Shown piece by piece: positions 53,089 to 64,000 of a stretch of DNA of 64,000 bases (within the stretch, counting starts at the first letter, position 1; the number at the start of each line of letters is the position of its first letter). This stretch comes from Escherichia phage vB_EcoM_NBG1. The stretch lies in sequence record MH243438.1, one strand, 5' to 3'. The notes beneath the pieces were generated by a model. It was not told the DNA's origin and ran no database searches. It saw only the letters and a list, made by a program, of their open reading frames with translations. The position numbers and the translations under genes are program-made.

Positions 53089-53423
53089 AATAAGAAATCT
53101 AGCGTATTAGTTTTTTCACCACGAGCAACTGATGGGCGAAGCATGTTTTCGTCAATTGCTTCGCTTGTAATTTTTTCAACAATTCCTGTAGGAATAAATT
53201 TAGCAAATTGTGTTTCTGGAATAGAATTTTCTTCCAAGAAAGCAGTTGTTGCTTCTAAATAAGACATACCAAATTGTTCAACCATGGATTCGATAATGAA
53301 TCCGTTTTCTTGTCGGTCAAGCAATTTAGCGATATCATCTTTATCGTGTTTTACTGCTAATTCTTGTTCAGATAAACCGGCCTCATCAACCGGTTTAATA
53401 TCACTTAGTGAAAACTGTGTCAT
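53085..53423 (-). CDS. 33: late transcription co-activator gp33
   Basis: 112 aa (same as T4 gp33); ATGA overlap with gene 59. Confidence 0.8.
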   Translation of the reverse strand: MTQFSLSDIKPVDEAGLSEQELAVKHDKDDIAKLLDRQENGFIIESMVEQFGMSYLEATTAFLEENSIPETQFAKFIPTGIVEKITSEAIDENMLRPSVARGEKTNTLDFLL

Positions 53424-53670
53424 AAAGCTCGACTACCTCTTCGTTTTCAGCTTCAAATTGGTCACGAGCGTCTTTATGATAAAGAGCTAACAAACGATTA
53501 AACATTTTTCCATCGACGCCAAGCTCTTCTTTAGCACGAGTACGAATGTCTTTAATCAGTTCATTATAACCAGAAATTTTAAGTTTGTTATCGGAAGCTT
53601 CCTTAACTAGTTTAGCCAGTTCTTCACCATGCACATCTTGATTAAATTCAACTGCTTCTTTCTTAGCCAT
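53401..53670 (-). CDS. dsbA: DsbA, double-stranded DNA-binding protein
   Basis: 89 aa from ATG at 53670 with GAGG RBS (track ORF starts at an upstream ATG without SD). Confidence 0.7.
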   Translation of the reverse strand: MAKKEAVEFNQDVHGEELAKLVKEASDNKLKISGYNELIKDIRTRAKEELGVDGKMFNRLLALYHKDARDQFEAENEEVVELYDTVFTK

Positions 53671-53677
53671 GTTTACC

Positions 53678-54595
53678 TCAGAATTCATTAATTACACTTG
53701 TTAATTTAGAAAGACCAGATTTTACAAAGTATGAATAAATCTTGCCTTTAGGTTGTTGTTTATATGAGTTATAATACTCTATAATGGTTGAAGCAATATT
53801 ATCAGGGATATAATCAAAATCAATGAGAACCAAATTTTCTTGATACCGTTTATATTCTTCTGCACTTAATAATACTTCAGCTTGAGAACGGTCGTTAGCA
53901 ATTGCTTCAATAATTGATGTTTTCATGCTTGGAGTTCGTTCACCATCAACTCTGGTAAACCAGAAGTCGCCACGAACTCGAACAGATGCAACGCCGTCTT
54001 TACGGTCACCTTTAAGAATTTTAGTCATACAATCAATTTCAGCAGAACCGTTCTTAATTTTAACCCATTTTTTCTGTGGTGGCGACCACTGTTTAACGTT
54101 AGGATATTTGTGTAATTGTGTAAAGTCACCATCAGATGCAACAATACATACTTTATGTCCGGCTAATGACAAATATTTAGTTAATACACCGATATGGTCA
54201 TCCGCTTCATACTTGTCAATATCCATTACAACGTATGGCATGTATTTCTTAATCTCATCAACAACTTGATGGAGTGCAGTAAAATATCCTTCCCAATCCC
54301 ATTTTGAAGCTTCACGATCGGTTTTACGATTTTTCTTGTAATAGTAAGCAAAGTCACGACGCCAATAACCTGAAGTAGCATTATCCATACACAACACAAA
54401 TTTTGTATAGCCTTGCTTACGGAACATCACTACGTTTTTACGAATTGAATTCAAGATTACATGGCGAACCATTGGAATCGTAATTTTATCGCCATCTTCA
54501 AAGTTGTTTAATGCTGCTGCCAATGCAATGTTACTAAAGTCGGCAAGTGCAATACCTTCTTTGTAATCTTCATCTAACATCATTTCTAAATCCAT
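53678..54595 (-). CDS. rnh: RNase H / 5'-3' exonuclease
   Basis: 305 aa; N-terminus MDLEMMLDEDYKEGI as in T4 RNase H. Confidence 0.9.
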   Translation of the reverse strand: MDLEMMLDEDYKEGIALADFSNIALAAALNNFEDGDKITIPMVRHVILNSIRKNVVMFRKQGYTKFVLCMDNATSGYWRRDFAYYYKKNRKTDREASKWDWEGYFTALHQVVDEIKKYMPYVVMDIDKYEADDHIGVLTKYLSLAGHKVCIVASDGDFTQLHKYPNVKQWSPPQKKWVKIKNGSAEIDCMTKILKGDRKDGVASVRVRGDFWFTRVDGERTPSMKTSIIEAIANDRSQAEVLLSAEEYKRYQENLVLIDFDYIPDNIASTIIEYYNSYKQQPKGKIYSYFVKSGLSKLTSVINEF

Positions 54596-54621
54596 ATGAA
54601 CCTCTTGTTCAGTTAGTCAAC

Positions 54622-54659
54622 TTGTCTATAGTAACACACTCATTTGAAAGCGTAAACTG
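54622..54659 (-). promoter_or_regulatory. early promoter for rnh (GTTTAC, spacer, TGTGTTACTATAGAC)
   Basis: Read on minus strand; back-to-back with the gene 34 late promoter. Confidence 0.6.
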
Positions 54660-54660
54660 G

Positions 54661-54668
54661 TATAAATA
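54661..54668 (+). promoter_or_regulatory. late promoter TATAAATA for gene 34
   Basis: Exact octamer 30 nt upstream of gene 34 ATG. Confidence 0.6.
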
Positions 54669-54698
54669 AGTATTATTGAAACAATAAAGGAAAAACGA

Positions 54699-57600
54699 AT
54701 GGCCGACATCAAACGTAAGTTCAGAGCCGAAGACGGTCTGGACGCCGGTGGCGACAAGATTGTTAACGTAGCATTAGCCGACCGTACAGTAGGTACTGAT
54801 GGCGTAAACGTTGACTTCCTGGTACAAGAAAACACCGTTCAAGTATATGATTCTACGCGTGGATATAACAAAGGATTTGTTGTTCTTTATGACAATCGTT
54901 TATATCAAGCAATAAATGATATCGTGTCTCCTTCCGGGGCATTTAACCTTTTACAATGGCGTGCAGTTCGTACTGATGCACAATGGATAACTGTAGCTTC
55001 TGGGACTTATCAACTTTCTTCAGGTGAATCGATTTCTGTTAACACTGGTGCCGGCAATGATATGGTTTTCACGTTGCCGAATACGCCGGTTGATGGCGAT
55101 ACTGTTGTTTTGGCTGATATTGGTGGAAGAACCGGGACAGTTAAAGTACAGATTAACGCGTCTGTGCAGAGTATTTTAAACTTTAGAGGTGAACAAGTTC
55201 GTACAGTTTTAATGACGCGCCCACGTTCACAACTATTGTTTGTGTTTAGTAATCGTTTGTGGCAGATGTATATTACCGATTATGGTAAAGAATCAATCAC
55301 TGTTACACCTGCGACACCATATCAAGCACAAGCAAATGATTTTATCGTTCGTCGTTTTACTAGTGCAGCACCAATCAACATTACACTTCCACGTAATGCT
55401 AACAATGGTGATATAATCAGCCTAGTCGATTTAGATAAATTAAACCCACTGTATCATACAATTGTTAAAACATTTGATGATACAACGTCTATTGGTGAAG
55501 TCGGGACTCATATTGCCGAAGGCAGAAATGACTCTGACGCGTTTTTTGTTTTTGATGCTGCAAGTAGTTTATGGCGTATATGGGAAGGCGACCAGAAATC
55601 GCGTCTTCGTATTATCCGTGCGGATTCAAATATTCGACCAAATGAAGAAGTTCTTATTTTTGGCACAAATAACGCTACAACCGGAACTATTAATCTTACG
55701 CTGCCTACAGGAATTTTGAGTGGTGACACTGTTAAAATTTCAATGAACTACATGCGTAAAGGCCAAACAGTAAAAATTAAAGCTGCCGAAGGTGATACAA
55801 TTGCTTCTTCTGTCGCATTACTTCAGTTCCCTAAACGTTCTGAATATCCACCTGATGCTCAATGGGTCTCTGTTACTGAACTAGAATTCAATGGCACTAC
55901 TTCATATGTTCCTGTATTAGAATTAGCGTATATCGAAGACACCGATTCTGACACTCATTATTGGGTTGTGCAACAGAATGTCCCTACGGTAGAACGTGTC
56001 GATGCTGGAACTGATGCTACACGAGCTCGTTTAGGTGTTATTGCTCTTGCTACTCAAGCGCAAGCAAATGTTGATTTAGAGAATACTCCAGCTAAAGAAG
56101 TGGCTATTACTCCTGAAACATTGGCAAATCGTACAGCAACTGAAGCTCGACGTGGTATCGCTAAAATTGCTACAACAGCACAAGTTAACCAGAATTCCAC
56201 AGCATCATTTGTGGACGATACTATTGTTACGCCTAAAAAACTAAATGAGCGTACAGCAACTGAAACTCGTCGCGGTCTTGCTGAAATTGCTACTCAGGCT
56301 GAAACAGATGCTGGTCTTGATGACACAACGATTATTACACCTAAGAAATTGCAGGCACGTCAGGGCTCTGAAACACTGTCCGGTATAGTTAAATATGTAT
56401 CAACTACTTCTGCTACTCCGGCTGCATCTCGTGGAACTGCAGGTACTAATGTTTATAATAAAGACACAACCACGTTAACTATTTCTCCTAAAGCCCTTGA
56501 CCAATATAAAGCAACTTATGCTCAACAAGGTGCAGTAATTTTAGCTGTTGATAGTGAAGTAATTGCTGGTCAATCTCAAGCAGGTTATTCTCACGCTGTA
56601 GTAACTCCTGAAACACTACATAAGAAAACTTCTACTGATGGACGTATTGGTTTAATTGAAATTGCTACGCAAGCAGAAACTAATGCTGGGACTGATTATA
56701 CACGTGCAGTAACGCCTAAGACGTTAAATGATAGGAGAGCGACGGAAGGATTATCCGGCATAGCCGAACTTGCTACGCAAGTCGAATTTGATACTGGAAC
56801 TGATGATACTCGTATCTCGACTCCACTGAAAATTAAAACTCATTTTGATTCTTCTGACCGTACCAGTGTTAATTCTGATTCCGGACTTATTGAAGAAGGA
56901 ACCTTGTGGAACCATTATACTCTTGATATTTCTAAAGCAAATGAAACACAACGTGGTACACTTCGCGTAGCGACCCAGGCAGAATCTAATGCAGGAACTT
57001 TAGATGATGTTCTTATTACTCCTAAAAAGCTTTTAGGGACTAAGTCCACTGAAACGTCTGAAGGTGTAATCAAGGTTGCTACTCGGGCTGAAACTGTAAC
57101 AGGAACTTCTGCTAATACAGCTGTATCGCCTAAGAATTTAAAATGGATTGTCCAGTCTGAACCAACATGGGCTGCTACTACGGCGATAAGAGGTTTTGTT
57201 AAAACTTCATCCGGTTCAATTACGTTCGTTGGTAATGATACAGTCGGTTCAACACAACCTTTAGAATCATATGAAAAAAATAGCTATGCTATATCTCCAT
57301 ATGAATTAAACCGTGTACTTGCTAACTATTTGCCATTGAAAGCTAAAGCCGTAGATAGTAATTTATTAGATGGCCTAGATTCATCTCAGTTCATTCGTAG
57401 GGACATTGCACAGACGGTTAATGGTTCACTAACCTTAACCCAACAAACGAATCTGAGTGCCCCTCTTGTATCATCTAGTACTGCTACGTTTGGTGGGTCA
57501 GTTTCGGCAAATAGTACATTAACTATTTCTAACTCCGGAACAGCTACTCGTCTGATTTTTGAAAAAGGACCTCAAACTGGAACTAATCCAGCACAGACGA

Positions 57601-58574
57601 TGACTATCAGAGTTTGGGGAAATCAGTTTGGTGGCGGATCAGATACAACACGTTCTACTGTATTTGAAGTTGGTGATGAAACGTCTAATCATTTTTATTC
57701 TCAACGTAATAAAGATGGGAATATAGCGTTTAGCATTAGTGGTACTGTGATGCCAATAAACATTAATGCTTCCGGTTTGATGAATGTTAATGGCGTTGCA
57801 ACATTCGGTCGTTCAGTTACTGCTAATGGCGAATTCATTAGTAAGTCTGCAAATGCTTTCAGAGCAATTAGTGGTGATTACGGATTCTTTATTCGTAATG
57901 ACGCTGCTAATACCTATTTTATGCTCACTGCATCAGGCGATCAGACCGGCGGATTTAACGGATTACGTCCTTTAGCTATTAATAATGCATCCGGCCAAGT
58001 AACGATTGGTGAAGGCTTAATCATTGCCAAAGGTGCTACTATAAATTCAGGTGGTTTGACTGTTAACTCTAGAATTCGTTCTCAGGGTAATAAAACATCT
58101 GATTTATATACCCGTGCGCCAACATCTGATAATGTAGGATTCTGGTCAATTGATATTAACGATTCAGCCACTTATAACCAGTTCCCAGGTTATTTTAAAA
58201 TGGTTGAAAAAACTAATGAAGTGACTGGGCTTCCATACTTAGAACGTGGCGAAGAAGTTAAATCTCCTGGTACATTGACTCAGTTTGGTAACACACTTGA
58301 TTCACTTTACCAAGATTGGATTACTTATCCAACAACCCCAGAAGCACGTACAACCCGTTGGACACGTACATGGCAGAAAACTAAAAATTCTTGGTCAAGT
58401 TTTGTTCAGGTGTTTGATGGCGGAAACCCTCCTCAACCTTCTGATATTGGCGCTTTACCTTCTGATAATGCAACAATCGGAAACTTGACAATAAGGGATT
58501 TCTTAAGGATTGGTAATGTCCGCATTATTCCAGACCCTGTGAATAAATCTGTTAAATTCGAGTGGATTGAATAA
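54699..58574 (+). CDS. 34: long tail fibre proximal subunit gp34
   Basis: 1291 aa; N-terminus MADIKRKFRAEDGLDAGGDKIVNVALAD. Confidence 0.9.
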   Translation: MADIKRKFRAEDGLDAGGDKIVNVALADRTVGTDGVNVDFLVQENTVQVYDSTRGYNKGFVVLYDNRLYQAINDIVSPSGAFNLLQWRAVRTDAQWITVASGTYQLSSGESISVNTGAGNDMVFTLPNTPVDGDTVVLADIGGRTGTVKVQINASVQSILNFRGEQVRTVLMTRPRSQLLFVFSNRLWQMYITDYGKESITVTPATPYQAQANDFIVRRFTSAAPINITLPRNANNGDIISLVDLDKLNPLYHTIVKTFDDTTSIGEVGTHIAEGRNDSDAFFVFDAASSLWRIWEGDQKSRLRIIRADSNIRPNEEVLIFGTNNATTGTINLTLPTGILSGDTVKISMNYMRKGQTVKIKAAEGDTIASSVALLQFPKRSEYPPDAQWVSVTELEFNGTTSYVPVLELAYIEDTDSDTHYWVVQQNVPTVERVDAGTDATRARLGVIALATQAQANVDLENTPAKEVAITPETLANRTATEARRGIAKIATTAQVNQNSTASFVDDTIVTPKKLNERTATETRRGLAEIATQAETDAGLDDTTIITPKKLQARQGSETLSGIVKYVSTTSATPAASRGTAGTNVYNKDTTTLTISPKALDQYKATYAQQGAVILAVDSEVIAGQSQAGYSHAVVTPETLHKKTSTDGRIGLIEIATQAETNAGTDYTRAVTPKTLNDRRATEGLSGIAELATQVEFDTGTDDTRISTPLKIKTHFDSSDRTSVNSDSGLIEEGTLWNHYTLDISKANETQRGTLRVATQAESNAGTLDDVLITPKKLLGTKSTETSEGVIKVATRAETVTGTSANTAVSPKNLKWIVQSEPTWAATTAIRGFVKTSSGSITFVGNDTVGSTQPLESYEKNSYAISPYELNRVLANYLPLKAKAVDSNLLDGLDSSQFIRRDIAQTVNGSLTLTQQTNLSAPLVSSSTATFGGSVSANSTLTISNSGTATRLIFEKGPQTGTNPAQTMTIRVWGNQFGGGSDTTRSTVFEVGDETSNHFYSQRNKDGNIAFSISGTVMPININASGLMNVNGVATFGRSVTANGEFISKSANAFRAISGDYGFFIRNDAANTYFMLTASGDQTGGFNGLRPLAINNASGQVTIGEGLIIAKGATINSGGLTVNSRIRSQGNKTSDLYTRAPTSDNVGFWSIDINDSATYNQFPGYFKMVEKTNEVTGLPYLERGEEVKSPGTLTQFGNTLDSLYQDWITYPTTPEARTTRWTRTWQKTKNSWSSFVQVFDGGNPPQPSDIGALPSDNATIGNLTIRDFLRIGNVRIIPDPVNKSVKFEWIE

Positions 58575-58582
58575 GAGGTATT

Positions 58583-59710
58583 ATGGAAAAATTTATGGCT
58601 AAGTTTGGACAAGGATACGTCCAAACGCCATTTTTATCGGAAAGCAATTCAGTACGATTTAAATTAAGCATAGCGGGCTCTTGTCCGCTATCAACATCTC
58701 CTGCTTATATTAAGTTTCAAGATAATCCACTTGGGTCTCAGGTTTTTTCCGTTGGATTAAACGTTCGTGTAATAAATCCTACAACAGGTGCAGTAGTTGA
58801 ATCTAAGACATATAATTTCTCTACTGAAAACGACGCCACGTCAAGTGCATTTGTTACTTTCATGGACACATATGCTTCAAATTTTATATTTGCTCTTGTT
58901 ACTAACGCTAAAACAAACTTTCCACCTGAAGTTCTTGCATGGTTTACTAAAGCTGGGAGTTCTGCTATTCCATTAGCTCAACAAGTTTTAAATATAGTGG
59001 ACATTTCTTATTCTGCATTTTATATTTCTGGTAAGAATGCTATAGCACTAGAACATATTAAGTATAGTAATAAGAAAACTTCAACCGACTATAGTACACC
59101 ACTTGATGTTGTGTATGACACTATCGATGATATTGGTGCTACCGGCTTCCCTAGACGTACGTATGAATCGTCAGACACATTTTTATCTGCCATTGGAGGT
59201 ACTAATAATGAAATTAAAAGGATGCCTACAACATCCATTATTACACCTCTCGCTGGGTATAAATTGAAGCCTGGAGATTTCCTTTATATGAAATTCCAAC
59301 TAATGGCCGATGCTGATTTGTTAGCACAAGGGACGACACGACTTTCTATTCGTTTCTTTAAATCTCCTTCTACTTCACCTATTTCATTTAAGGATATAAA
59401 CTTTGACGGGGGTGCAGGTGAATGGAAGATATATGAAGACTACATAGAAATTCCTTCTGGTGCTGACGGGTTCACGATTTATTGTTATCGTACAGCTCCA
59501 GTCGGGCAAGGTGGATTAAGAAACGTTATATTCACTGAAGTATCATGTAATGGAAGCGTTTCAAAACCTGCTGAGTTTGGTATAAATGGTATTCGTGTAA
59601 ATTATGTTTCAGAATCTTTAAGTGCTCCAGACATAATGACATTACCTACTCAATCTTCAACTGATACTGGTAAGGTATTTGGACAAGAATTTAAAGAAGC
59701 ATCAGAATAA
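58583..59710 (+). CDS. 35: long tail fibre hinge protein gp35
   Basis: 375 aa; N-terminus MEKFMAKFGQGYVQTPFLSESNSVR as in T4 gp35. Confidence 0.9.
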   Translation: MEKFMAKFGQGYVQTPFLSESNSVRFKLSIAGSCPLSTSPAYIKFQDNPLGSQVFSVGLNVRVINPTTGAVVESKTYNFSTENDATSSAFVTFMDTYASNFIFALVTNAKTNFPPEVLAWFTKAGSSAIPLAQQVLNIVDISYSAFYISGKNAIALEHIKYSNKKTSTDYSTPLDVVYDTIDDIGATGFPRRTYESSDTFLSAIGGTNNEIKRMPTTSIITPLAGYKLKPGDFLYMKFQLMADADLLAQGTTRLSIRFFKSPSTSPISFKDINFDGGAGEWKIYEDYIEIPSGADGFTIYCYRTAPVGQGGLRNVIFTEVSCNGSVSKPAEFGINGIRVNYVSESLSAPDIMTLPTQSSTDTGKVFGQEFKEASE

Positions 59711-59715
59711 ATTTA

Positions 59716-59739
59716 GGGAGACTTCGGTCTCCCATTTTT
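59716..59739 (+). terminator. terminator GGGAGAC-UUCG-GUCUCCC plus AUUUUUG after gene 35
   Basis: Same 18-nt hairpin as after gene 23. Confidence 0.75.
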
Positions 59740-59740
59740 G

Positions 59741-59748
59741 TATAAATA
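59741..59748 (+). promoter_or_regulatory. late promoter TATAAATA for gene 36
   Basis: Exact octamer 24 nt upstream of gene 36 ATG; AAGGAGA RBS. Confidence 0.6.
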
Positions 59749-59772
59749 TGGTATACATATAAGGAGACAACT

Positions 59773-60438
59773 ATGGCCGATTTAAAAGCTGGTAGTACAA
59801 CTGGCGGTGCTGTCATATGGCATCAAGGTAATTTCCCTTTAATGCCAGCAGGTGATGACGTCCTGTATAAAACGTTTAAACTCTATTCAGAATATAATAA
59901 ACCACAAGCTGCTGATAACGATTTCGTTTCTAAAGCTAATGGTGGTACTTACGCTTCAAAGGTAACATTTAACAGTGGCGTGCAAATACCATATGCTATA
60001 AACAATACAAACCAAAGCGGTATTTTTCCTGGTAACGGTGATGCAGCTACTTTTGTTACAGCAAATATTGATATTGTTTCATGGTACGGTATTGGTTTTA
60101 AATCATCACAAGGAACAGCTGGTAGAACTGTAGTAATCAATACACGTAATGGTGATATTAATACAAAAGGCGTTGTGTCGGCAGCTGGTCAAGTAAGAAG
60201 CGATATGACTGCTCCGGTTGCAGCAAATGATCTCACAAGAAAAGATTATGTTGATGGAAGAATAAATATTGTTACGGATAACGCAAATTCCCGTGTATTG
60301 CGTTCTGGCGATACCATGACTGGTACTTTAACAGCACCAAACTTTTTCTCACAGAATCCGGCGTCTGAGGCTAATCATGTTCCTCGTTTCGACCAGATTG
60401 TAATTAAAGATTCTGTTCAAGATTTCGGCTATTATTAA
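59773..60438 (+). CDS. 36: long tail fibre distal connector gp36
   Basis: 221 aa (same as T4 gp36). Confidence 0.85.
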   Translation: MADLKAGSTTGGAVIWHQGNFPLMPAGDDVLYKTFKLYSEYNKPQAADNDFVSKANGGTYASKVTFNSGVQIPYAINNTNQSGIFPGNGDAATFVTANIDIVSWYGIGFKSSQGTAGRTVVINTRNGDINTKGVVSAAGQVRSDMTAPVAANDLTRKDYVDGRINIVTDNANSRVLRSGDTMTGTLTAPNFFSQNPASEANHVPRFDQIVIKDSVQDFGYY

Positions 60439-60446
60439 GAGGACTT

Positions 60447-63400
60447 ATGGCTACATTAAAACAGATACAATTTAAAAGAAGCAAAGTAGCAGGAGTTAAT
60501 CCTACTGCAGCACAATTAGCCGAAGGCGAATTAGCGATAAACTTAAAAGATCGAACTCTTTTTACCAAAGATGACCTCGGTAATATTATTAGCCTAGGCT
60601 TTGCTAAGGGCGGGGATATTAACGGTAATGTAACTCATGTAGGTAACTATACTCAGACAGGTACATTTAATTTAATAGGCTCACAAAATGTTGCATCTGG
60701 TGGATATATCGAATTTGCTTATAAGGCCACCGGAGTTGGTTCTTGGGCTGGTCAACACACGGCAAAAGCCCCTATTTTCATGGATATTTCCGCATCAACC
60801 GCTACTTCAGAATATAACCCGTTAATTAAGCAACGTTATAAAGATGGTACTTTCTCATTAGGGACCTTAGTTAATGAAGGCTCAATGAAGATGCATTATA
60901 TTGATGAAACAGGCACTTCGAAATATTGGACCTTTAACCGTAATGGTAATTTTCAAGTTGATTCCGGAAATTTATTAGTAGCTAATGGATATTTAGTTAC
61001 TCAAAGTAATATTGAAACTAAAGCTGGTTCTTTAATTGGTCCTAAAGTTATTACCAAAAATATCAATGTGAGCACTAAATCTTGGGACACTAATATTGAT
61101 ACTGCATATGATTTAGTTTCATTACCGACTTGGCAGTATACTCCAACCGAAACGGATTTGGATACTAATGGTATAAACTACCTTCGTAAATTCCGCGGAC
61201 ATGTTTCTTCTGCTATTTTCCATGAAATTGCTGATGCTCGTTCAGGTAAACCACAGAATATTTCATATTGGACTGGACGCAATGCTGAAGTTTATCAATG
61301 GTCTTATACCACCGACGGGCGTATGTCTGTTGCTAATTCGATAGGTGTAGGTCTTGCCGATGTCGGCTCCCAAGGGCGTTATCCTTTGGCAACATTTGGT
61401 AAAGGTATTGCAATTGGTGATAATGACACTGGTGTTAAATGGGTTCGTGACGGTGTTATTGATTTGGTTGCTAATGGCATTTCGGCGGGTACAATAAACA
61501 GCAATGGTATTAACAGTACTAAAAAATTGATGGTTGGTTATAGCCGTGATTCCGGAACTACATGGGATTACCCAAATAACAACCAAGCAATGTTTACTGC
61601 GCGTACCGATGTTGATGGTAATAATAATGGTGATGGTCAAACTCATATCGGTTATAGCAGTAATTCTAAAATGTATCACTATTTCCGTGGCACGGGTCGT
61701 ATGTCCATTAGTATGGGTGATGGGCTTCTTGTTGAGCCTGGCATTTTAGATATTAAAACCGGTTCAAATTCGTTAAATTTGCGTGCTGATGGTACCATCG
61801 CTTCTGTTCAAACATTAAAACTTAATAATGGATTATATTTTAATGGTGATGGAACTAATGCTTCTCTAGTTTTTAAAGCAGCTTCAGGTATTGATGGCAC
61901 TAAGCAAATTTTGTGGGAAGGCGGTACTCGTGCTGGTCAGAATAAAAGCTATGTAACTGTTAAAGCATGGGGTAATTCATTTAACGCATCTGGCGATCGT
62001 AATCGTGAAACGGTTTTTGAAGTATCAGATGGGCAAGGATATTATTTTTATTCACAGCGTGTGGCTCCAAGTGGCTCTGAAACTACTGGGCCTGTTGTAA
62101 CGCAGTTCAATGGACAAGTTAATGCTAGAGGAAGTATTATTACTGACGGAAGTTTTAAAGTTAATGGATTAAGCACTTTAAATGGTGCAGTTACCATGAG
62201 CAATGGACTTAATTTAACAGGCGGTTCTTCTATCACAGGTCAAGTTAAAATTGGTGGAACAGCCGATGCATTAAGAATTTGGGATGCTGAATATGGTGCT
62301 ATTTTCCGTCGTTCTGAAGATAAATTTTATATAATTCCGACCCCAAAGGACGCTGGCGGAACTGGTGGTATTTCCAACCTTCGTCCATTTACCATGACTC
62401 TTAGTACTGGTAAAATGGAATTTAAACATGATGTTGGACTTGGTGATAACGGCTCCGGCGGAAGCATATTATTTGTAGATAACACTAACAAAGCCACTAC
62501 TAATAATGGTCGTTTATACGTTAATATGTCAAGTGATGCTATAGTGCTTAATGCTCCTACACAAGAAACATCTAACTTTATCCAAGGACGCAAAGCTAAC
62601 GTCACTAAATGGTATGTTGGTATTGGCGACAGCGGTGATTCTGTTCGTATGCATAGTTATGCATATTCCCACGGCTTGGTATTAAGTGCTAACTCCGTTG
62701 ATATTACTAAACCTCTTAAAGTCGGAAATGCTCAATTCGGTACTGATGGTAATATCACCGGTGGTTCTGGTAATTTTGCTAACTTGAATACCACAATAAA
62801 TAACCTTAAGACAGATATTGTCTCAAGTTATCCTATTGGTGCTCCGATTCCTTGGCCTACTGATACACCTCCTGAAGGTTATGCCATAATGGAAGGTCAA
62901 ACTTTTGATGTTGGCTTGTATCCTAAGTTAGCGGCGGTGTATCCTTCCGGCGCTCTGCCTGATATGCGTGGTCAAACTATCAAGGGTAAACCGAGTGGTC
63001 GTGCAGTGTTGAGTGCAGAAGCTGATGGTGTTAAGTCACATAGCCATAGTGCAAGTGCATCAAGCACAGATTTGGGTACTAAGACCACTTCTAGTTTTGA
63101 TTACGGTACTAAAACATCTTCAAGCTTTGATTATGGTACTAAGACCAGTAATACCACTGGCAACCATAACCATACAGTGAGTGGTAATACTGGTTCCGCT
63201 GGTGCGCACCAACACGCACGTTCAGGCCCTCAGATACAAGGCGGCGTACCCACTAGCATATTCTATGATGGATACAATAGTGCGGGACCAAACTTCAACG
63301 CTAAAATCACTGGATCCGTGAGCGGTGCTACTGCATCGTCGAATATGGCCAAAACTTCTTCAGATGGTGCCCACACTCATAGTTGGTCAGGAACTACAAG

Positions 63401-63584
63401 TACCACAGGTAACCATGCCCACACCGTTGGTATTGGTGCCCATACACATACTGTAGGTATTGGTGCCCACTCTCATTCGGTAGCGATTGGTTCTCATGGC
63501 CATACTATCACTGTAAATAGTACAGGTAATACAGAAAACACGGTTAAAAACATTGCTTTTAACTATATCGTTCGTTTAGCATAA
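60447..63584 (+). CDS. 37: long tail fibre distal subunit gp37 (receptor-binding tip)
   Basis: 1045 aa; C-terminal cluster of HxH motifs and a short tandem repeat ([10 protein letters not shown]). Confidence 0.9.
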   Translation: MATLKQIQFKRSKVAGVNPTAAQLAEGELAINLKDRTLFTKDDLGNIISLGFAKGGDINGNVTHVGNYTQTGTFNLIGSQNVASGGYIEFAYKATGVGSWAGQHTAKAPIFMDISASTATSEYNPLIKQRYKDGTFSLGTLVNEGSMKMHYIDETGTSKYWTFNRNGNFQVDSGNLLVANGYLVTQSNIETKAGSLIGPKVITKNINVSTKSWDTNIDTAYDLVSLPTWQYTPTETDLDTNGINYLRKFRGHVSSAIFHEIADARSGKPQNISYWTGRNAEVYQWSYTTDGRMSVANSIGVGLADVGSQGRYPLATFGKGIAIGDNDTGVKWVRDGVIDLVANGISAGTINSNGINSTKKLMVGYSRDSGTTWDYPNNNQAMFTARTDVDGNNNGDGQTHIGYSSNSKMYHYFRGTGRMSISMGDGLLVEPGILDIKTGSNSLNLRADGTIASVQTLKLNNGLYFNGDGTNASLVFKAASGIDGTKQILWEGGTRAGQNKSYVTVKAWGNSFNASGDRNRETVFEVSDGQGYYFYSQRVAPSGSETTGPVVTQFNGQVNARGSIITDGSFKVNGLSTLNGAVTMSNGLNLTGGSSITGQVKIGGTADALRIWDAEYGAIFRRSEDKFYIIPTPKDAGGTGGISNLRPFTMTLSTGKMEFKHDVGLGDNGSGGSILFVDNTNKATTNNGRLYVNMSSDAIVLNAPTQETSNFIQGRKANVTKWYVGIGDSGDSVRMHSYAYSHGLVLSANSVDITKPLKVGNAQFGTDGNITGGSGNFANLNTTINNLKTDIVSSYPIGAPIPWPTDTPPEGYAIMEGQTFDVGLYPKLAAVYPSGALPDMRGQTIKGKPSGRAVLSAEADGVKSHSHSASASSTDLGTKTTSSFDYGTKTSSSFDYGTKTSNTTGNHNHTVSGNTGSAGAHQHARSGPQIQGGVPTSIFYDGYNSAGPNFNAKITGSVSGATASSNMAKTSSDGAHTHSWSGTTSTTGNHAHTVGIGAHTHTVGIGAHSHSVAIGSHGHTITVNSTGNTENTVKNIAFNYIVRLA

Positions 63585-63590
63585 GGAGAA

Positions 63591-63610
63591 GGGACTTCGG
63601 TCCCTTTTTA
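63591..63610 (+). terminator. hairpin GGGAC-UUCG-GUCCC plus UUUUUA after gene 37, inside the gene 38 initiation region
   Basis: Lies between the AAGGAG (63583-63588) and the gene 38 ATG (63615). Confidence 0.6.
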
Positions 63611-63614
63611 TAAT

Positions 63615-64000
63615 ATGAAACTCTATCATTATTATTTTGACACTAAAGAATTTTACAAAGAAGAAAATTATAAACCATTAAAAGGCGTAGGATTTCCGGC
63701 TCATTCGACACCAAAAAAACCTTTAGACCCTAAAGAAGGCTATGCTGTTGTATTTGATGAACGCGAACAAGAATGGGTATATGTTGAAGACCATCGTGGA
63801 AAAACAGTATGGACTTATGATAAGCAAAAAATTGTTATTGACACTCCAGGTGCTCTTCAAAATGTTACTACAGAAGAACCTGGTGAATTTGACATTTGGA
63901 CCGACGACGGGTGGAAGGAAGATGAAGCATATAAACGTGTAGTTCAACGTGATAAGAAAATTCATGAACTCTATAAATTATTCAGTGTTTTAAGTTCTCT
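63615..64000 (+). CDS. 38: tail fibre assembly chaperone gp38, 3'-truncated at window edge
   Basis: Hand-translated MKLYHYYFDTKEFYKEENYKPLKG..., open to the window end; matches the T4-type gp38 N-terminus. Confidence 0.75.
   Translation, partial: MKLYHYYFDTKEFYKEENYKPLKGVGFPAHSTPKKPLDPKEGYAVVFDEREQEWVYVEDHRGKTVWTYDKQKIVIDTPGALQNVTTEEPGEFDIWTDDGWKEDEAYKRVVQRDKKIHELYKLFSVLSS

Overview
This window is a contiguous segment of a T4-like (T-even, Tequatrovirus-type) myovirus genome, running from gene 13 (truncated at the left edge) to gene 38 (truncated at the right edge). Gene order and protein sequences follow the T4 map closely: neck, tail, terminase and head genes (13-24), rnlB, hoc, inh, a GIY-YIG homing endonuclease, uvsW, uvsY, baseplate hub genes (25-54), alt, DNA ligase 30 and the 30.x genes, rIII, 31, cd, pseT, spanins, alc, rnlA, denA, nrdB, nrdA, td, frd, 32, 59, 33, dsbA, rnh, and long tail fibre genes 34-38. 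Identifications rest on reading the translated ORFs against remembered T4 protein sequences and on synteny; no database search was run. Regulatory signals are clear in the raw sequence: TATAAATA late promoters, eleven early promoters with a GTTTAC -35 and an extended -10 upstream of leftward genes, MotA-box middle promoters, and GC-rich UUCG/GNRA tetraloop hairpins. The ORF track sometimes starts at GTG/TTG; where an internal ATG with a Shine-Dalgarno fits better I moved the start. The most interesting departure from canonical T4 content is a class I DAHP synthase (shikimate pathway entry enzyme) translationally coupled downstream of dCMP deaminase. Other points: a NADAR-like 30.3, a HAD-like 30.2, intron-free td and nrdB, no seg-type gene between 23 and 24, a GTG-initiated pseT, and several small accessory ORF clusters with their own early promoters. 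No tRNA, rRNA, CRISPR array or integrase was seen.
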